Positions 1-10,800 of a stretch of 64,000 nucleotides of DNA are shown piece after piece. Both the position numbers and the translations under genes were made by a program. Below the pieces are notes generated by a model. It saw nothing but the letters and a program-made list of their open reading frames with translations, ran no database searches and was not told where the DNA came from. How positions within the stretch are numbered: the first letter of the stretch is position 1; the number at the start of each line of letters is the position of its first letter. Source of the DNA: an uncultured Gemmatimonadaceae bacterium (lineage in GTDB: Bacteria > Gemmatimonadota > Gemmatimonadetes > Gemmatimonadales > Gemmatimonadaceae); the NCBI GenBank assembly GCA_963843845.1, contig CAWJMB010000002.1, positions 480,001 through 544,000 on the forward strand. Reading direction: 5' to 3'.

Positions 1-696
1 CACGGCGCCGGCCACGCCCTGCTGCCGGGTGAGATCGACTATCGCGCGAATCTGTGGGCGCTGAAGGCGGCGGGTGTCCGGCGGGTGATCGGCGTGTCGG
101 CCGTCGGGAGTCTCCGCGCCGAGCTGGCCCCCGGCGATCTCGCCGTCCCGAGCCAGTATCTCGACTGGACGCGCGGACGGCGCGCGGCGACCTACTTCGG
201 CGACGGCATCATCGCGCACGTCTCGACGGCCGAGCCGACCTGTCCGGCGCTCACCGGCCGGCTCGTGCGCGCCGCGGACGCGGAGGGTACGTCGCTCCAC
301 ACCGGCAAGACCTACGCGTGCGTCGAGGGCCCACGGCTCGGCACGCGCGCCGAGAGCGCCTTTCTGCGCGGAGCGGGGTGCGACCTCGTGGGGATGACGA
401 ACGTGCCCGAAGCGTTCCTCGCCCGCGAGGCGCAGCTCTGCTACTGCACGATCACCATCGTCACCGACTACGACTGCTGGCAGGACGACCCGGCGCAGCA
501 CGTGAGCGTCGACCGCGTGCTCGCCCTCTACCGCGCGAATGTCGGCCGGGTGCAGGCGCTCCTGGCGCGCGCGCTCGCCGACCCCGCGCCGTTCGGCGAC
601 TGCGGCTGCCGCACGAGTCTGCGGCACGCCCTGCTCACGCCGGACGCGGCGCTCTCGGACGCGCAGCGGCGCTACGTCGACTTCCTGCGCGCGTGA
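1..696 (+). CDS. mtnP: S-methyl-5'-thioadenosine phosphorylase / PNP family (5' end outside window)
   Basis: Frame 1 open from base 1 (HGAGHALLPGEIDYRANLWALK); motifs SAVGSL, EGPRLGTRAES, DLVGMTNVPEAFLAREAQLCY, VTDYDCW typical of MTAP. Confidence 0.9.
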   Translation, partial: HGAGHALLPGEIDYRANLWALKAAGVRRVIGVSAVGSLRAELAPGDLAVPSQYLDWTRGRRAATYFGDGIIAHVSTAEPTCPALTGRLVRAADAEGTSLHTGKTYACVEGPRLGTRAESAFLRGAGCDLVGMTNVPEAFLAREAQLCYCTITIVTDYDCWQDDPAQHVSVDRVLALYRANVGRVQALLARALADPAPFGDCGCRTSLRHALLTPDAALSDAQRRYVDFLRA

Positions 697-715
697 GCAG
701 GCCCGAGCGCACCAC

Positions 716-1477
716 GTGAGCGCGACGGGCGACCCGCTGGACGACGTCGCCGTCGTGATCCCCGTCGCGCCCGGCGACGCGGCCTGGCACGGGCTCCTGC
801 CGGATCTCGCGCCGCTCCCGGGTGGCGCCGTCGTCGTCTTCGCGGGCGCCGCGCCGCTCGACGCGGAGTCGGCGGCCATCGCCGCGGCCGGGCTCGGCGA
901 GCGCCGGTGGACGTGGGTCGTCGCGCCGCGCGGCCGTGCCCGGCAGCTCAACGCGGCCATCGGCACGACCACTCGGGCGCAGCTGTGGTGCCTGCACGCC
1001 GACTCGCGCTGCACGCCGTCGACGATCCCGGCGCTCCGCGCGTCGCTCCGCGCCGACGCGCACGCGCTGCACTACGCCGATCTCGCCTTCCTCCCCGACG
1101 GGCCGCGCCGCATGCGGCTCAACGCGCTCGGGGTCCGGCTGCGCTCGCGGTGGCTCGGGATGCCGTTCGGCGATCAGGGTTTCTGCCTGCCGCGTGCGCT
1201 GTGGGGGAGGCTCGGCGGATTCGACGAAGCGGCGCCGTACGGTGAGGACCATCTGTTCCTGTGGCGAGCGCGGCAGGCGGGTGTCGCGCTCCGCCCGACG
1301 GGCGGCGTGGTGCTGACGAGCGCGCGTCGCTACCGCGAGCAGGGGTGGGGGCGAACGACACGCCGTCACGTGGCGCTGACGGTCCGACAGGCCGTCCCGG
1401 AATGGCTCGCACTGCGCCGCCGCCGTCGGTCGGCGGTCGGTTCCGTGCCGACGACCCCGCCGGCCGGCAGCCGATGA
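716..1477 (+). CDS. GT2 glycosyltransferase, TIGR04283-like (rSAM/selenodomain- or arsenosugar-associated)
   Basis: VAVVIP, GRARQLN, LHAD, PFGDQG, GGF..ED, TSARRY motifs; GTG start at 716 inferred. Confidence 0.8.
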   Translation: MSATGDPLDDVAVVIPVAPGDAAWHGLLPDLAPLPGGAVVVFAGAAPLDAESAAIAAAGLGERRWTWVVAPRGRARQLNAAIGTTTRAQLWCLHADSRCTPSTIPALRASLRADAHALHYADLAFLPDGPRRMRLNALGVRLRSRWLGMPFGDQGFCLPRALWGRLGGFDEAAPYGEDHLFLWRARQAGVALRPTGGVVLTSARRYREQGWGRTTRRHVALTVRQAVPEWLALRRRRRSAVGSVPTTPPAGSR

Positions 1478-2208
1478 CGACCGGAGCACGGAACGGCGGC
1501 ACGTCGTCGGCGGTCGCGCTCGCCGTGTGGGTGAAGACGCCCGGCCACGCGCCGGCCAAGACGCGGCTCGCGCAGTCGATCGGCCAACCGGCGGCGAACG
1601 TGTTCTACGGGCTGGCCGTCGACGCGGTGCGCGAGAGCGTGGCGTGCGCCGCGGAGCGTGCGCCCGGCCTGCTGGCCCCCTACTGGGCCGTCGCCGAGTC
1701 CGACCCGGCGGCACTGGCACACTGGACGGCGTGTCCACACCGGTTCGCGACCGTCGCCCAGGGCCCCGGCGGCCTCGGCGAGCGTCTGGCGCGGGTCTAC
1801 GACCGGCTCTCGGCGGCGCACCGCGGAGTTCTGTTCATCGGGGCCGACGCCCCGCAGCTCGAGCCGGCGACGCTGCTCGCCGCGGCGCGGTCGCTCGCCG
1901 CACCGGTAGACGGACCGGACTTCGTGCTCGGGCCGGCGGACGACGGCGGCTTCTACCTGTTCGGGGGGCGCACGCCGGTCCCGCACGACGTCTGGACGAG
2001 CGTGCAGTACAGCGCCACGACGACGATGGCAGAGCTGTCGCCGGGACTCGCGCGCTGCGGACGCGTGCAGACGATCGCTCCAGCGTTCGACGTGGACACG
2101 GTGGTGGAGCTGCGCCGGCTGCGCGACCTGCTCGCCGCGCGTCACGACCTGGGCGACGCCCAGCGCGCCCTCGGCCGCTGGCTCGAGACCGCGAGCGACG
2201 GGTGGTGA
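1474..2208 (+). CDS. TIGR04282/DUF2064 family transferase (CofC-like nucleotidyltransferase fold)
   Basis: KTPG..KTRLA, QG.G.LGERL, IGADAP, VLGPADDGGFYL, DVDT motifs; ATGA overlap with upstream stop. Confidence 0.85.
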   Translation: MTTGARNGGTSSAVALAVWVKTPGHAPAKTRLAQSIGQPAANVFYGLAVDAVRESVACAAERAPGLLAPYWAVAESDPAALAHWTACPHRFATVAQGPGGLGERLARVYDRLSAAHRGVLFIGADAPQLEPATLLAAARSLAAPVDGPDFVLGPADDGGFYLFGGRTPVPHDVWTSVQYSATTTMAELSPGLARCGRVQTIAPAFDVDTVVELRRLRDLLAARHDLGDAQRALGRWLETASDGW

Positions 2209-2698
2209 GCGATGCGCCGATGGCGGAGCGCGGCGCCGAGCGCCGACCCGAGCGCCGACCGAGCGCCGACTCGAGCGTACGGTCGTCGTGCCGTTCGTCG
2301 CTGGCGCGGTCGCGGTGCTCACGGTGCACCAGAGCATGCTCTGGATGCTTCACGCGCGTGGGCTGGCGCCGTGGCCGGCGTACTCGCGCGCGCCGACGCC
2401 GCCGTTCGGCGTGCCGGCGGTGCTCACGGCCGCGTTCTGGGGCGGCGTGTGGGGGATCCCGCTCGCGGCGGTGTGTCGCCGCGCGCCGACGCCTGCGGCC
2501 GTGTGGGTGCGGAGCGCGGCGTTCGGGGCGGTCGCGCCCAACGCGGTCGGTGCGGCGCTCGTCGCGTCCGGGCACAGCCCGGCGCCGCGAGCGGGAACAG
2601 CGACGACCGCGCTCGCGGCCGCCATCGTGGTGAACGCATGCTGGGCGCTCGCTGCCGCGGCGCTGATGCGTGCGACCCAGCCATCGAGCGAGAGCTGA
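2205..2698 (+). CDS. Hypothetical membrane protein (N-terminus offset by 1 nt in a tandem repeat)
   Basis: Hydrophobic ORF 2288-2698 (FVAGAVAVLTVHQ, PPFGVP, AFWGGVWG); restoring one C in the repeat at 2236-2277 joins it to a GTG overlapping the upstream stop. Confidence 0.6.
2236..2277 (+). repeat. Tandem repeat of CCGAGCGCCGAC with one 11-nt unit
   Basis: About 3.5 copies read directly; would encode ERRP repeats. Confidence 0.8.
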
Positions 2699-2938
2699 GG
2701 CAGACGTCGCGGTGAAACGGGACGCGCGGTCTGCAGCGAATCGCGGAGGCGTTCGATGTAGTGGGTGTGATGTGCTCCTCGCGAGTCACTGGCCGCGTGA
2801 CGCGCGAAGGCGTGGGATCGTGCCGCTTGGAGGGCACGTGGAGTGAACGATCGGTCGCTGTGCCACTGCGTGGTTCAGCAGCCTGCGCCGTCGACCGAAC
2901 ACGCGTGACGGACCGAAGTCCCGCCGGCCTGACGCCGG

Positions 2939-4498
2939 TCATCGCACGAGCCGGAAGTAGGTCCCGAGAAGGCGCTTCACGAACGGTGTCAGCTTCTGCC
3001 GGCGCCACGCGTCCGCGGCCTTGCGAAGTGCCTCGCCCTGCGTCGGGTAGGGGTGCATCGTCTCGCCGATCGCGCCGAGCCCGAGCTTCGCCGTCATCGC
3101 GAGCGTGGCCTCGCCGATGATGTCACCCGCGCGCGATCCGACGATCGTGACGCCGACGATGCGGTCCGTCCCCTTCGCGAGCCGTACCCGGCAGAAGCCC
3201 TCGCCCTCGCCGTCGATCACCGCACGGTCGACGTCGTGCAGTGGGACGTCGACGACCTCGGTCGCGACGCCGCGAGCCGCTGCGTCCGCGCCCGTGAGGC
3301 CGACGTGCGCCACTTCCGGGCTCGTGAAGGTCACCCACGGCGTGACGAGCGCGCTCGCCCGCGCGCGGCCGAAGAAGAAGAGCGCGTTCCGCACGACGAG
3401 CCGCGCCTGGAAGTCCGCCGCATGCGTGAACTTGAGCGCCGAGCAGACGTCGCCGACGGCGTAGATGCGGGAGTTGCTCGTGCGGAGCCGGTCGTCGACG
3501 GCGACGCCGCTGCCGTCCGTCGTACCGGACCCCGGCCGCGTCGAGCCCGAGGCCGTCGACGTTCGGCGTGCGGCCCACGGCCACGAGCAGCGTGTCGCCG
3601 TCGAGCGCGAGCGGCTCGCCGTCGCGCCGAACGTGGATCGTCGTGGACGCGCCGCGCGGCTCGACGCGGACCACCTCCGTGCGGAGCAGCAGGCGCACGC
3701 CGTCGCGCACCATCGCCTGCGCGACCACGGCCGACGCCTCGGGCTCGTCGCGCGGGAGCACACGCTCGCCGCGGTCCACGAGCGTCACCTCACTCCCGAG
3801 GCGCGCGAACGCCTGCGCCAGCTCGCACCCGATCGGGCCGCCGCCGACGACCACGAGGCGCGCCGGGCGGCGGGTGAGCGTGAAGATCGTCTCGTTCGTG
3901 TGGTACGCGGACTCGGCGAGTCCGGGGATGGCCGGCACCGCCGCGCGCGCGCCGGCCGCGATCACGGCGCGCCGGAAGGTGAGTCGCGTGCCCGCCGCCT
4001 CGACGGCGTCTGGTGCGACGAAGCGCGCCTCGCCGAGGAACACGTCGACGCCAAGCCCGCGAAAGCGCGCGGCGCCGTCGATCGGCGCGAGGCCGGCGCG
4101 GACGGCGCGCAGCCGGGCCATCGCGACCGCGAAGTCCGCATCGTCGGCGGACACCGACGGGCCCGCCGAAGCGAGGGGCCGCGCGTCCGGGCCGCGTGCC
4201 AGGCGCGCGCCGCGCGGATCAGCGCCTTGCTCGGCACGCATCCCACGTTCAGGCAGTCGCCGCCCATGAGCGACCGCTCGATCAGCGCGACGCGAGCCCC
4301 GAGCCCCGCCGCGGCGGCGGCCGTCACCAGTCCGCCGGTGCCGGCGCCGATCGACCACGAGGTGATAGCGGCCCTGCGCGGCGTGGGGTTGGTCCAGTCC
4401 GCCGGACGCACCGCCGCACGGAGCCGCTCGTCGGCCTCGTCGCCGGCGAGAAGCGTGGGGTGGAGCGTGGTGGCGTCGCGCGGCGCGCCGCTGGTCAC
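2939..4498 (-). CDS. Mercuric reductase-like / dihydrolipoamide dehydrogenase-family FAD disulfide oxidoreductase (frameshifted)
   Basis: [54 protein letters not shown] pieces across several frames; no C-terminal Cys-Cys of true MerA. Confidence 0.85.
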
Positions 4499-5239
4499 GG
4501 CCGTGCCTCGGCGGCGTCGCGGGGCGCAGCGCCGGAGGCGTGCAGCGCGCGGCGTGCCGTGCGCGTCACGAGCAGCGTGACGGCGATCGTCGCGACGAGG
4601 CCGAGCCCGACGACCGCGTAGTAGCCCGCGCCGTGCGTCGGCGCGCGCGCCGCCGGCCGCCGCGGCGACGTCGCCGGCCACCTTCCCGGCAGTACGACGT
4701 AGAGCACCGTGCCCGGAAGCATCCCGACCGACGCGACGAGGTAGTCGGGGAAGCGGACGCGCGTGAGCCCGAGCAGGTAGTTGAGCAGCGTGAACGGAAA
4801 CGACTGGCGAGAGGCGGAGCAGGAAGACGATCCGTCGGCCGTCGGCGGCGATCGCCCGGTCGATGGCGGCGAAGCGCGGTTCACGCGCCACACGCCGCTC
4901 GACGATGCCGCGCGCCACGTAGCGTGCGATCAGGAACGCCCCCGACGCGCCGAGCGTCGCGCCGAGGAAGACCCACGCCGCGCCGGCCCACACCCCGAAG
5001 ATCGCGCCGCCGGCCAGGGTGAGCAGCGACCCTGGCACACCGCAGACCGTGGCGAGCGCGTAGCCGACCACGAAGGCCAGCGGCCCGAGCGCGCCGAGCT
5101 CGCGCACGCGCGCCGCGAACTGCGGAACGTGGGCGCCCAGCGCGCGGCCGGCGACGACCAGTCCCACGATCACGAGCGCCGCCATGCCGACCCGGAGCGC
5201 GAGCCGCCGGCGAGGCGGGAAGGAGTCCGTGGAGGGCAT
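4495..5239 (-). CDS. TVP38/TMEM64 (DedA/VTT) family membrane protein (frameshifted)
   Basis: [53 protein letters not shown]; stop overlaps the start of the flavoprotein gene. Confidence 0.88.
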
Positions 5240-5413
5240 CGGCGAGTGGAAGGAGCGAGCGGAAGGGCGCATCACCCTACGCCGCCGTGCGACGCGCGGA
5301 TGTGCCGGCGCGCCGATCCGCGGCAGTGTGCCGAGGCATCCAGTACCCTCCGTCGGAACGTAGGTCGGACGATGGCCGCCACGCGCGCACGCATGCACCG
5401 ACCCACCCATGCC

Positions 5414-6264
5414 ATGGCTTCGCTCCGTTCGTTCGCTGCCCGCGTCGTCGCCCGCTCCGCTGGGCGCCTCGCCGGCCTGCTCGTCGCCGCGTTCGTGACG
5501 TCGGCGCCCCTCGCCGCGCAGGCGCCGTTCGATCACGCGCGCGTTCGACGCCCTGCTGCGGGCGCACGTGCGCGACGGCATGGTCGACTACGACGCGTTC
5601 GCCGCGGCGCCGGAGTTCGCGGCGTACCTGGCGACGGCTCGCGGCGTTCGATCCGGCCACGCTCTCCACCGCGGAGCAGGTCGCGTTCTGGATCAACGCC
5701 TACAACGCGTACACCATCCGGCTCATCAACGCGCACCACGAGCGCGAGTCGATCCGCAACATCAACAAGACGTTCGGGATCGTGAAGGCGTACGGGCCGT
5801 GGAAGGAGAAGCTCGCCGTCGTCGGCGGGCGGGCCTACGGCCTCGACGAGATCGAGCAGGACATCCTCCGGAAGCGGTTCCGGGAGCCGCGCATCCACTT
5901 CGCGCTCGTCTGCGCGGCGATGGGATGCCCGCCGCTGCGCAGCGAGGCCTACGTCGGGAGCCGGCTCGACGCGCAGCTCGACGACCAGGCGCGCGCCTTC
6001 CTCCTGCGGTCGCCGGCGAAGAATCGCGTCGACGTGGCGACCGCGCACCGTCTACCTCAGCCCGATCTTCGTCGAGTTCCGCGACTACATCAAGGACTTC
6101 GGCGGTTGCGAGGCGGCGGTGGGGCGCTACATCGCGCGCTACGTTCCCGCCCGGCGCCGAGCGCGATCTGCTGACGAGCGGACGGTTCCGCGTGGTGAAG
6201 ACGGCGTACGACTGGACGCTGAACAGCCAGGCCAACGCTCGCCGGGGCGCACGGCGGTCGCAGC
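5414..6264 (+). CDS. DUF547 domain secreted protein (frameshifted; 3' end uncertain)
   Basis: Signal-like N-terminus; [41 protein letters not shown] motifs. Confidence 0.85.
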
Positions 6265-7740
6265 ATGCAGCGCCGCCCGCGTCCCGCGCCTTCGCGACAT
6301 CCTGCGCCGCCCGGTCGGCGCCGAGGCGCGCGCGCTGCTCGCCGGAACTGGGAGTCGCTCGCGCCCGCGATGCGCGTGCCGCAGCAGATGTTCGGTCGCC
6401 AGGGAAACGGCTGCGGCGCCACCATCGGCGCGATGCCGCGCTGCGACTTCGCCTGCCGCGGCTGCTACCTGAACGCCGAGGCGAACCGCATCCCGGCGGA
6501 GTCGGTCGAGGCGATCAAGGCGCAGATGCGGCCGTCTGCGTCCCGTGCTCGGCCACGCGGGCAACCTGCAGCTCACCGACGGCGAGGTGACGCTCCGGCC
6601 CGTCGGAGGAGGTCGTCGAGCTGCTGCGGTACGCGCGCTCGCTCGACCTCATCCCGATGCTCATGACGCACGGCGACTCGTTCCGCCGGCGGCCCGGACT
6701 GCTCGAGCGGCTGATGGTCGAGGGCGGGCTCACCGAGGTGAGCATCCACGTCGACACGACGCAGCGTGGCCGGCAGGGCGAGCGCGTGGCGTCGCGCGTC
6801 GACCGAGGCGGAGCTCAACCCGCTGCGCGACGAGTTCGCGGCGATGATCCGCGACGGCGCGGCGCACCACCGGCCGCCGCTGCGCGCCGCGACGACGATG
6901 ACGGTCACGCGCGAGAATCTCGAGGGCGTGGCCGACGTGGTGCGCTGGGTGGCGCGCCACAGCCGACGCCTTCCGGCTCATCAGCTTCCAGCCGATCGCG
7001 CAGGTGGGGCGCACCGAGGCGGGGTACGGCGGCGGCGTCGACGGTCGAGCGCGCTGTGGGACGAGGTCGCCGACGGGGCTCGGCGTCGCGGGCGGCGCGG
7101 CGCGCATGGCGCAGCTGGGCGTGTGGTTCGGGCACGAGGCGTGCAACCGCATGGTGAACGGCGTGGTCGTGCGCGCGCCCGGTGACCGCGCGACCTACCA
7201 CGCGCTGCGCGACGCCGCCGATCCCACTGGACGTGCGGGTCGTCGACGGCTTCCTCGCGCGCTTCGGCGGCGATCTCGTTCCGCCTCGACGGCCGGCGCG
7301 AGCGGCTCGCGCGTCTCGCGGGGTGACGCGCGCGGCGCCGGCGTTCGTCGTCGGCAACCTCGCTCCCCGTAGGCGCGCCACTGGCTGCGCCGCGTCGGCG
7401 ACGGCGGCGCGCTGCGCGGCGCCTGGCGGCTCGCGACGCGGCGCGTCGTCGACGGCGCCGCTCGTGCTCGTCAGCCACCACTTCATGAGCCGCGAGGAGC
7501 TGCGAGACGCCGCTCGGCCAGGAGCGGCTCGCGCACTGCGTCTTTCACGTGCCGGTGAACGGCGAGCTGGTCTCGATGTGCGAGGTCAACGCGCTCGGCG
7601 TGCGGGAGCGCTACTACGCGGACCTGGCGCGCCGCGAGCGTCCGGGCCTCACGACCGAGGGCGGCGCGGGTGCCGCCGACGATCGGGAGACCCGGACGAT
7701 GCGGACGGGGCGGGGCGAGGGAGAGACGCTCCGGGCGTGA
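6265..7740 (+). CDS. Radical SAM protein, COG1964/MJ0619(Tes)-like (frameshifted)
   Basis: CxxxCxxC = CDFACRGC; LQLTDGEVTLR, LMTHGD, ISFQPIAQVGR, GHEAC, HHFM, CVFHVPVNGELVSMCEVN pieces in successive frames. Confidence 0.8.
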
Positions 7741-7754
7741 CGTCCGGAGCGACG

Positions 7755-7784
7755 ATGGCGTGGCCCCTGAAGGAGCCACGCCAT
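7755..7784. terminator. Hairpin between convergent genes
   Basis: ATGGCGTGGC ... GCCACGCCAT inverted repeat; no U-tract. Confidence 0.5.
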
Positions 7785-7812
7785 TCGCCGCCGCTACCGG
7801 TCGGCGCTCACC

Positions 7813-10800
7813 TCACCGCTGCCGCCACCACCAGAAGGCGAAGGGGCTCGCCTCCTGCTTCGGGACGATCCCGCCGTTGATGTCCTCCTGCTCGTCGCTC
7901 ACGGGCATGTCCGCCATCGCCGCGTTGTCTCCCGTCCCCACCCGCTCGACGCGGAACGTCTGCTTGTAGGTCTGTCCGCCGGCCGAGAGCGTCACCGAGT
8001 ACGTCCCCGCGTCGACGAGCGTGCCGGCGCCGCCGAACCCGCCGCCGCCACCGCGCCCGGCCGGTGCGGGCGGACGGACGCCGATCAGCTCCCACACGCG
8101 CTGTACCGGATCGAGCGTCTGTGCCGCACCGCCGCGACGACCGGCGTTCTGCGCCCCTGCGCCGACACCGCCCCCGCCGCCGCCGCCGCCACTCTCACCG
8201 GCTGCGGTGTCGGCCGCCGCACCGCGACCGCGCGCCGCGCCGCCCGGCGCCGCCGGCGGCTCCGCAGGACGGGCGCAGAACGTGTCCCACTGCGTCATCG
8301 GGTGCTCGCAGCCGGGCGTCGCGCGGCCGGCGAACTGCGCGGCGGCCCCGCCGCCCGCCCCGCCGCCGGCCCCGCCGCGTCCACCGCCCGCGCCGCCGCC
8401 GAACCCGCCCGGCGCCGGCGTCGGCGCGATCAGCAGGTTCACCGCACGCTGCACGGTCCCCAACGCCGTCGTGTCGTACCCCGCCTTGCGCAGCGAGTCG
8501 AGCACCTGCGGCGCCCGTGCCCGCAGCAGGATGCTGTCACGCCGCTCGGCCGGGGTCGAGCTCGCGGCGCGGCGCGGGGGCGCCGGTGAACGCCCACTCA
8601 CCGTGTGCACGCCCGCGGCGGCTCGGGCCGGTCGCCTGATACAGCTGCGTGCCCGCGGCGTCGCTCACCGTCACGCGCACCGGGCCGGTGACCGAGTCGC
8701 TGCAGGCGGTACGTGATGGTCGCGCCGTAGGCCGGCGACTGGAACGCGATGAGGTGCTGCCCCCAGCCGTTGCCCGGCAGCCCCTGCGACGGCCCCTCGC
8801 CCCACTGGAACGCCGTGCGCGGCGCGAACAGCGTCGCCGCGTCGGCCATCGCCTTCGGCGTCATCTGCTCGAGCGCCGCGATGTCGACGATCCAGAAGCC
8901 GCGGCCATGCGTCGCCGCGATCAGCTCGCGGTCGCGCGGATGGATCTTGCAGGTCGTACACCGGCACGCTCGGCAGGCCGCCGACGAACTTCGACCACGT
9001 CGTGCCGCGGTCGAGCGACGCGTACACGCCGACGCGACGAGCCGACGAACAGCAGGTCGCGGTTGTGCGGGTCCTCGCGGATCACGTGCAGGTAGTCGCG
9101 CCGGGCTCGTCGTTCGGCAGGTTGTTCGACGATCGAGCTTGAAGCGTCTTGCCGCCGTCCTCGGTCATGTAGAGGTACGGCGTGAAGTCGTTCCAGCGAT
9201 GATTGTCGAACGCGACGTAGAACGTGAGCGTGTCGAAGTGCGCCGGCTCGACGCGCGTCACGTACACGTCCTTGCTCGGCAGGCCGGGGAAGCGGTCGCG
9301 TCAGGTTCTCCCACGTGCCGCCGTCGTTGTGCGTCATCCAGACGTTGCCGTCGTCGGTGCCGGCGAGCAGCAGGCCGGGCTTCACGTACGACTCGGCGAG
9401 CGCCACCACCGTGCCGTACGTCTCGGCGCCCGTCACGTCGAGCGTCACGCCGCCGGTGAACTGTGTCGGCGGTGTCCATCCGCGCCGTGCATCTGCTTCG
9501 ACAGGTCGGGCGAGATGGTGAACATCTCCTCGCCGCGCTTCAGCGACTTGAAGCACCTTGTTGCCGCCGAGGTAGAAGACGCGCGGGTTGTGCGGCGAGA
9601 GGAAGAACGGCGAGTTCCAGTTGAAGCGCGTGATCAGCGTCGGTCGAGTCCCGCTTCTGCTGCGCGCGCAGCGTCGCGATGCGCGCTGTTGACCGCCGCG
9701 CGACGCCGGCTGCGAGCGGGTCGCCGCGCACGACGGCGATCGAGTCCTCCCACTGGCGGTAGCGCTCCTGCCACGTCGGCTTCGTGACGCGGAGCGTCTG
9801 GCCGGTCTTGAGGTTGCGCGCCTGCATGCCGGCGTTCTGCGACTCGCCCCACACCCACTCGGTCCGTCGGGTCCTGCGCCGTGTAGAAGCCGTCGCCGCC
9901 GGCGATCGTGAACCAGTACGAGTTGTTCTGAGCGCCTGCGGCGCTTGCGGCTCGGGCCGCACCACGAGCCGTTGTCCTGCGCGCCGGCGCAGATGTTGTA
10001 CGGCACCTGGCATGTCGTAGCTGACCTCGTAGAACTGGCGCGAGCGGGAGGTTCATCGGGTAGAAGAAGTTGCCGCCCTTGTCGAACGTGATCGCGATGC
10101 CGCCGTCGTTCGCGAGCGCCCAGCGCTCGGGGTCGTTCGGGTCGATCCAGATGCCGTGGTCGTCGACGTGCACGCCCTGCGCGGCGTTGCTGCGTCGTCT
10201 TGCCGCCGTCGTTCGACACCTGGAGCTCGGTGCGACGAGAAGTAGACGCGGTCGGCGTTCTTCGGGTCGACGCGCACCTGCGAGTAGTAGAACGGGCGCA
10301 CGTTGATGTTGTTCATCTGCGTCCACGTCTTCGCCGCGCGTCGGTGCGAGCGATAGAGGCCGTTCGCGCGCGGCGCGCTGCCCGATCCGCATCGGCCCGT
10401 TCGGCGTCGAGCGACCACGCCTTCGGTCAGCGCGTAGACGACGTTCGGGTTGCTCGGCGCGATCGGCGAGGCCGATGCGGCCCTTCACGCCTTCGGGATA
10501 GCCGCTGCCCTTGATCTCCGTCCACGTCGTCGCCGGCGTCGGTGCGACTTCCAGAGCGCCGAGCCGGGGCCGCCGCTGTTGAGCGAGTACGGGCGTGCGA
10601 TAGCGCTCCCAGCTCGCCGCGTAGATCGACGTCCGGGTTGCGCGGGTCGAGCGCGACGTCGACGAAGCCGGCGCGGTCGCTGACGAACTTGATCGAGCGT
10701 CCACGTCTTGCCGCCGTCGGTGGTCTTGTAGAGGCCGCGCTCCGGCGTTCGGCTTCCACGCGGCGCCGAGCGCGGCGACGTAGACGACGTTCGTGTTGCG

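Noticed and set aside
2699..2938. Possible ncRNA or small ORF in the less GC-rich gap between convergent genes
   Set aside because: No recognisable RNA motif, strong hairpin or credible ORF.
2939..4498. merA mercury resistance gene
   Set aside because: No C-terminal Cys-Cys, no HMA domain, no merR/merT/merP nearby.
6200..6470. Apparent DUF547-radical SAM fusion (no stop codon between them)
   Set aside because: The region is indel-dense, and a secreted DUF547 fused to a cytoplasmic Fe-S enzyme is implausible; a lost ATGA-type junction near 6265 is more likely.
1..7740. Selenocysteine read-through in the 'selenodomain'-associated cluster
   Set aside because: I saw no in-frame TGA at a conserved Cys position; the TGA codons behave as ordinary stops, often overlapping the next start.
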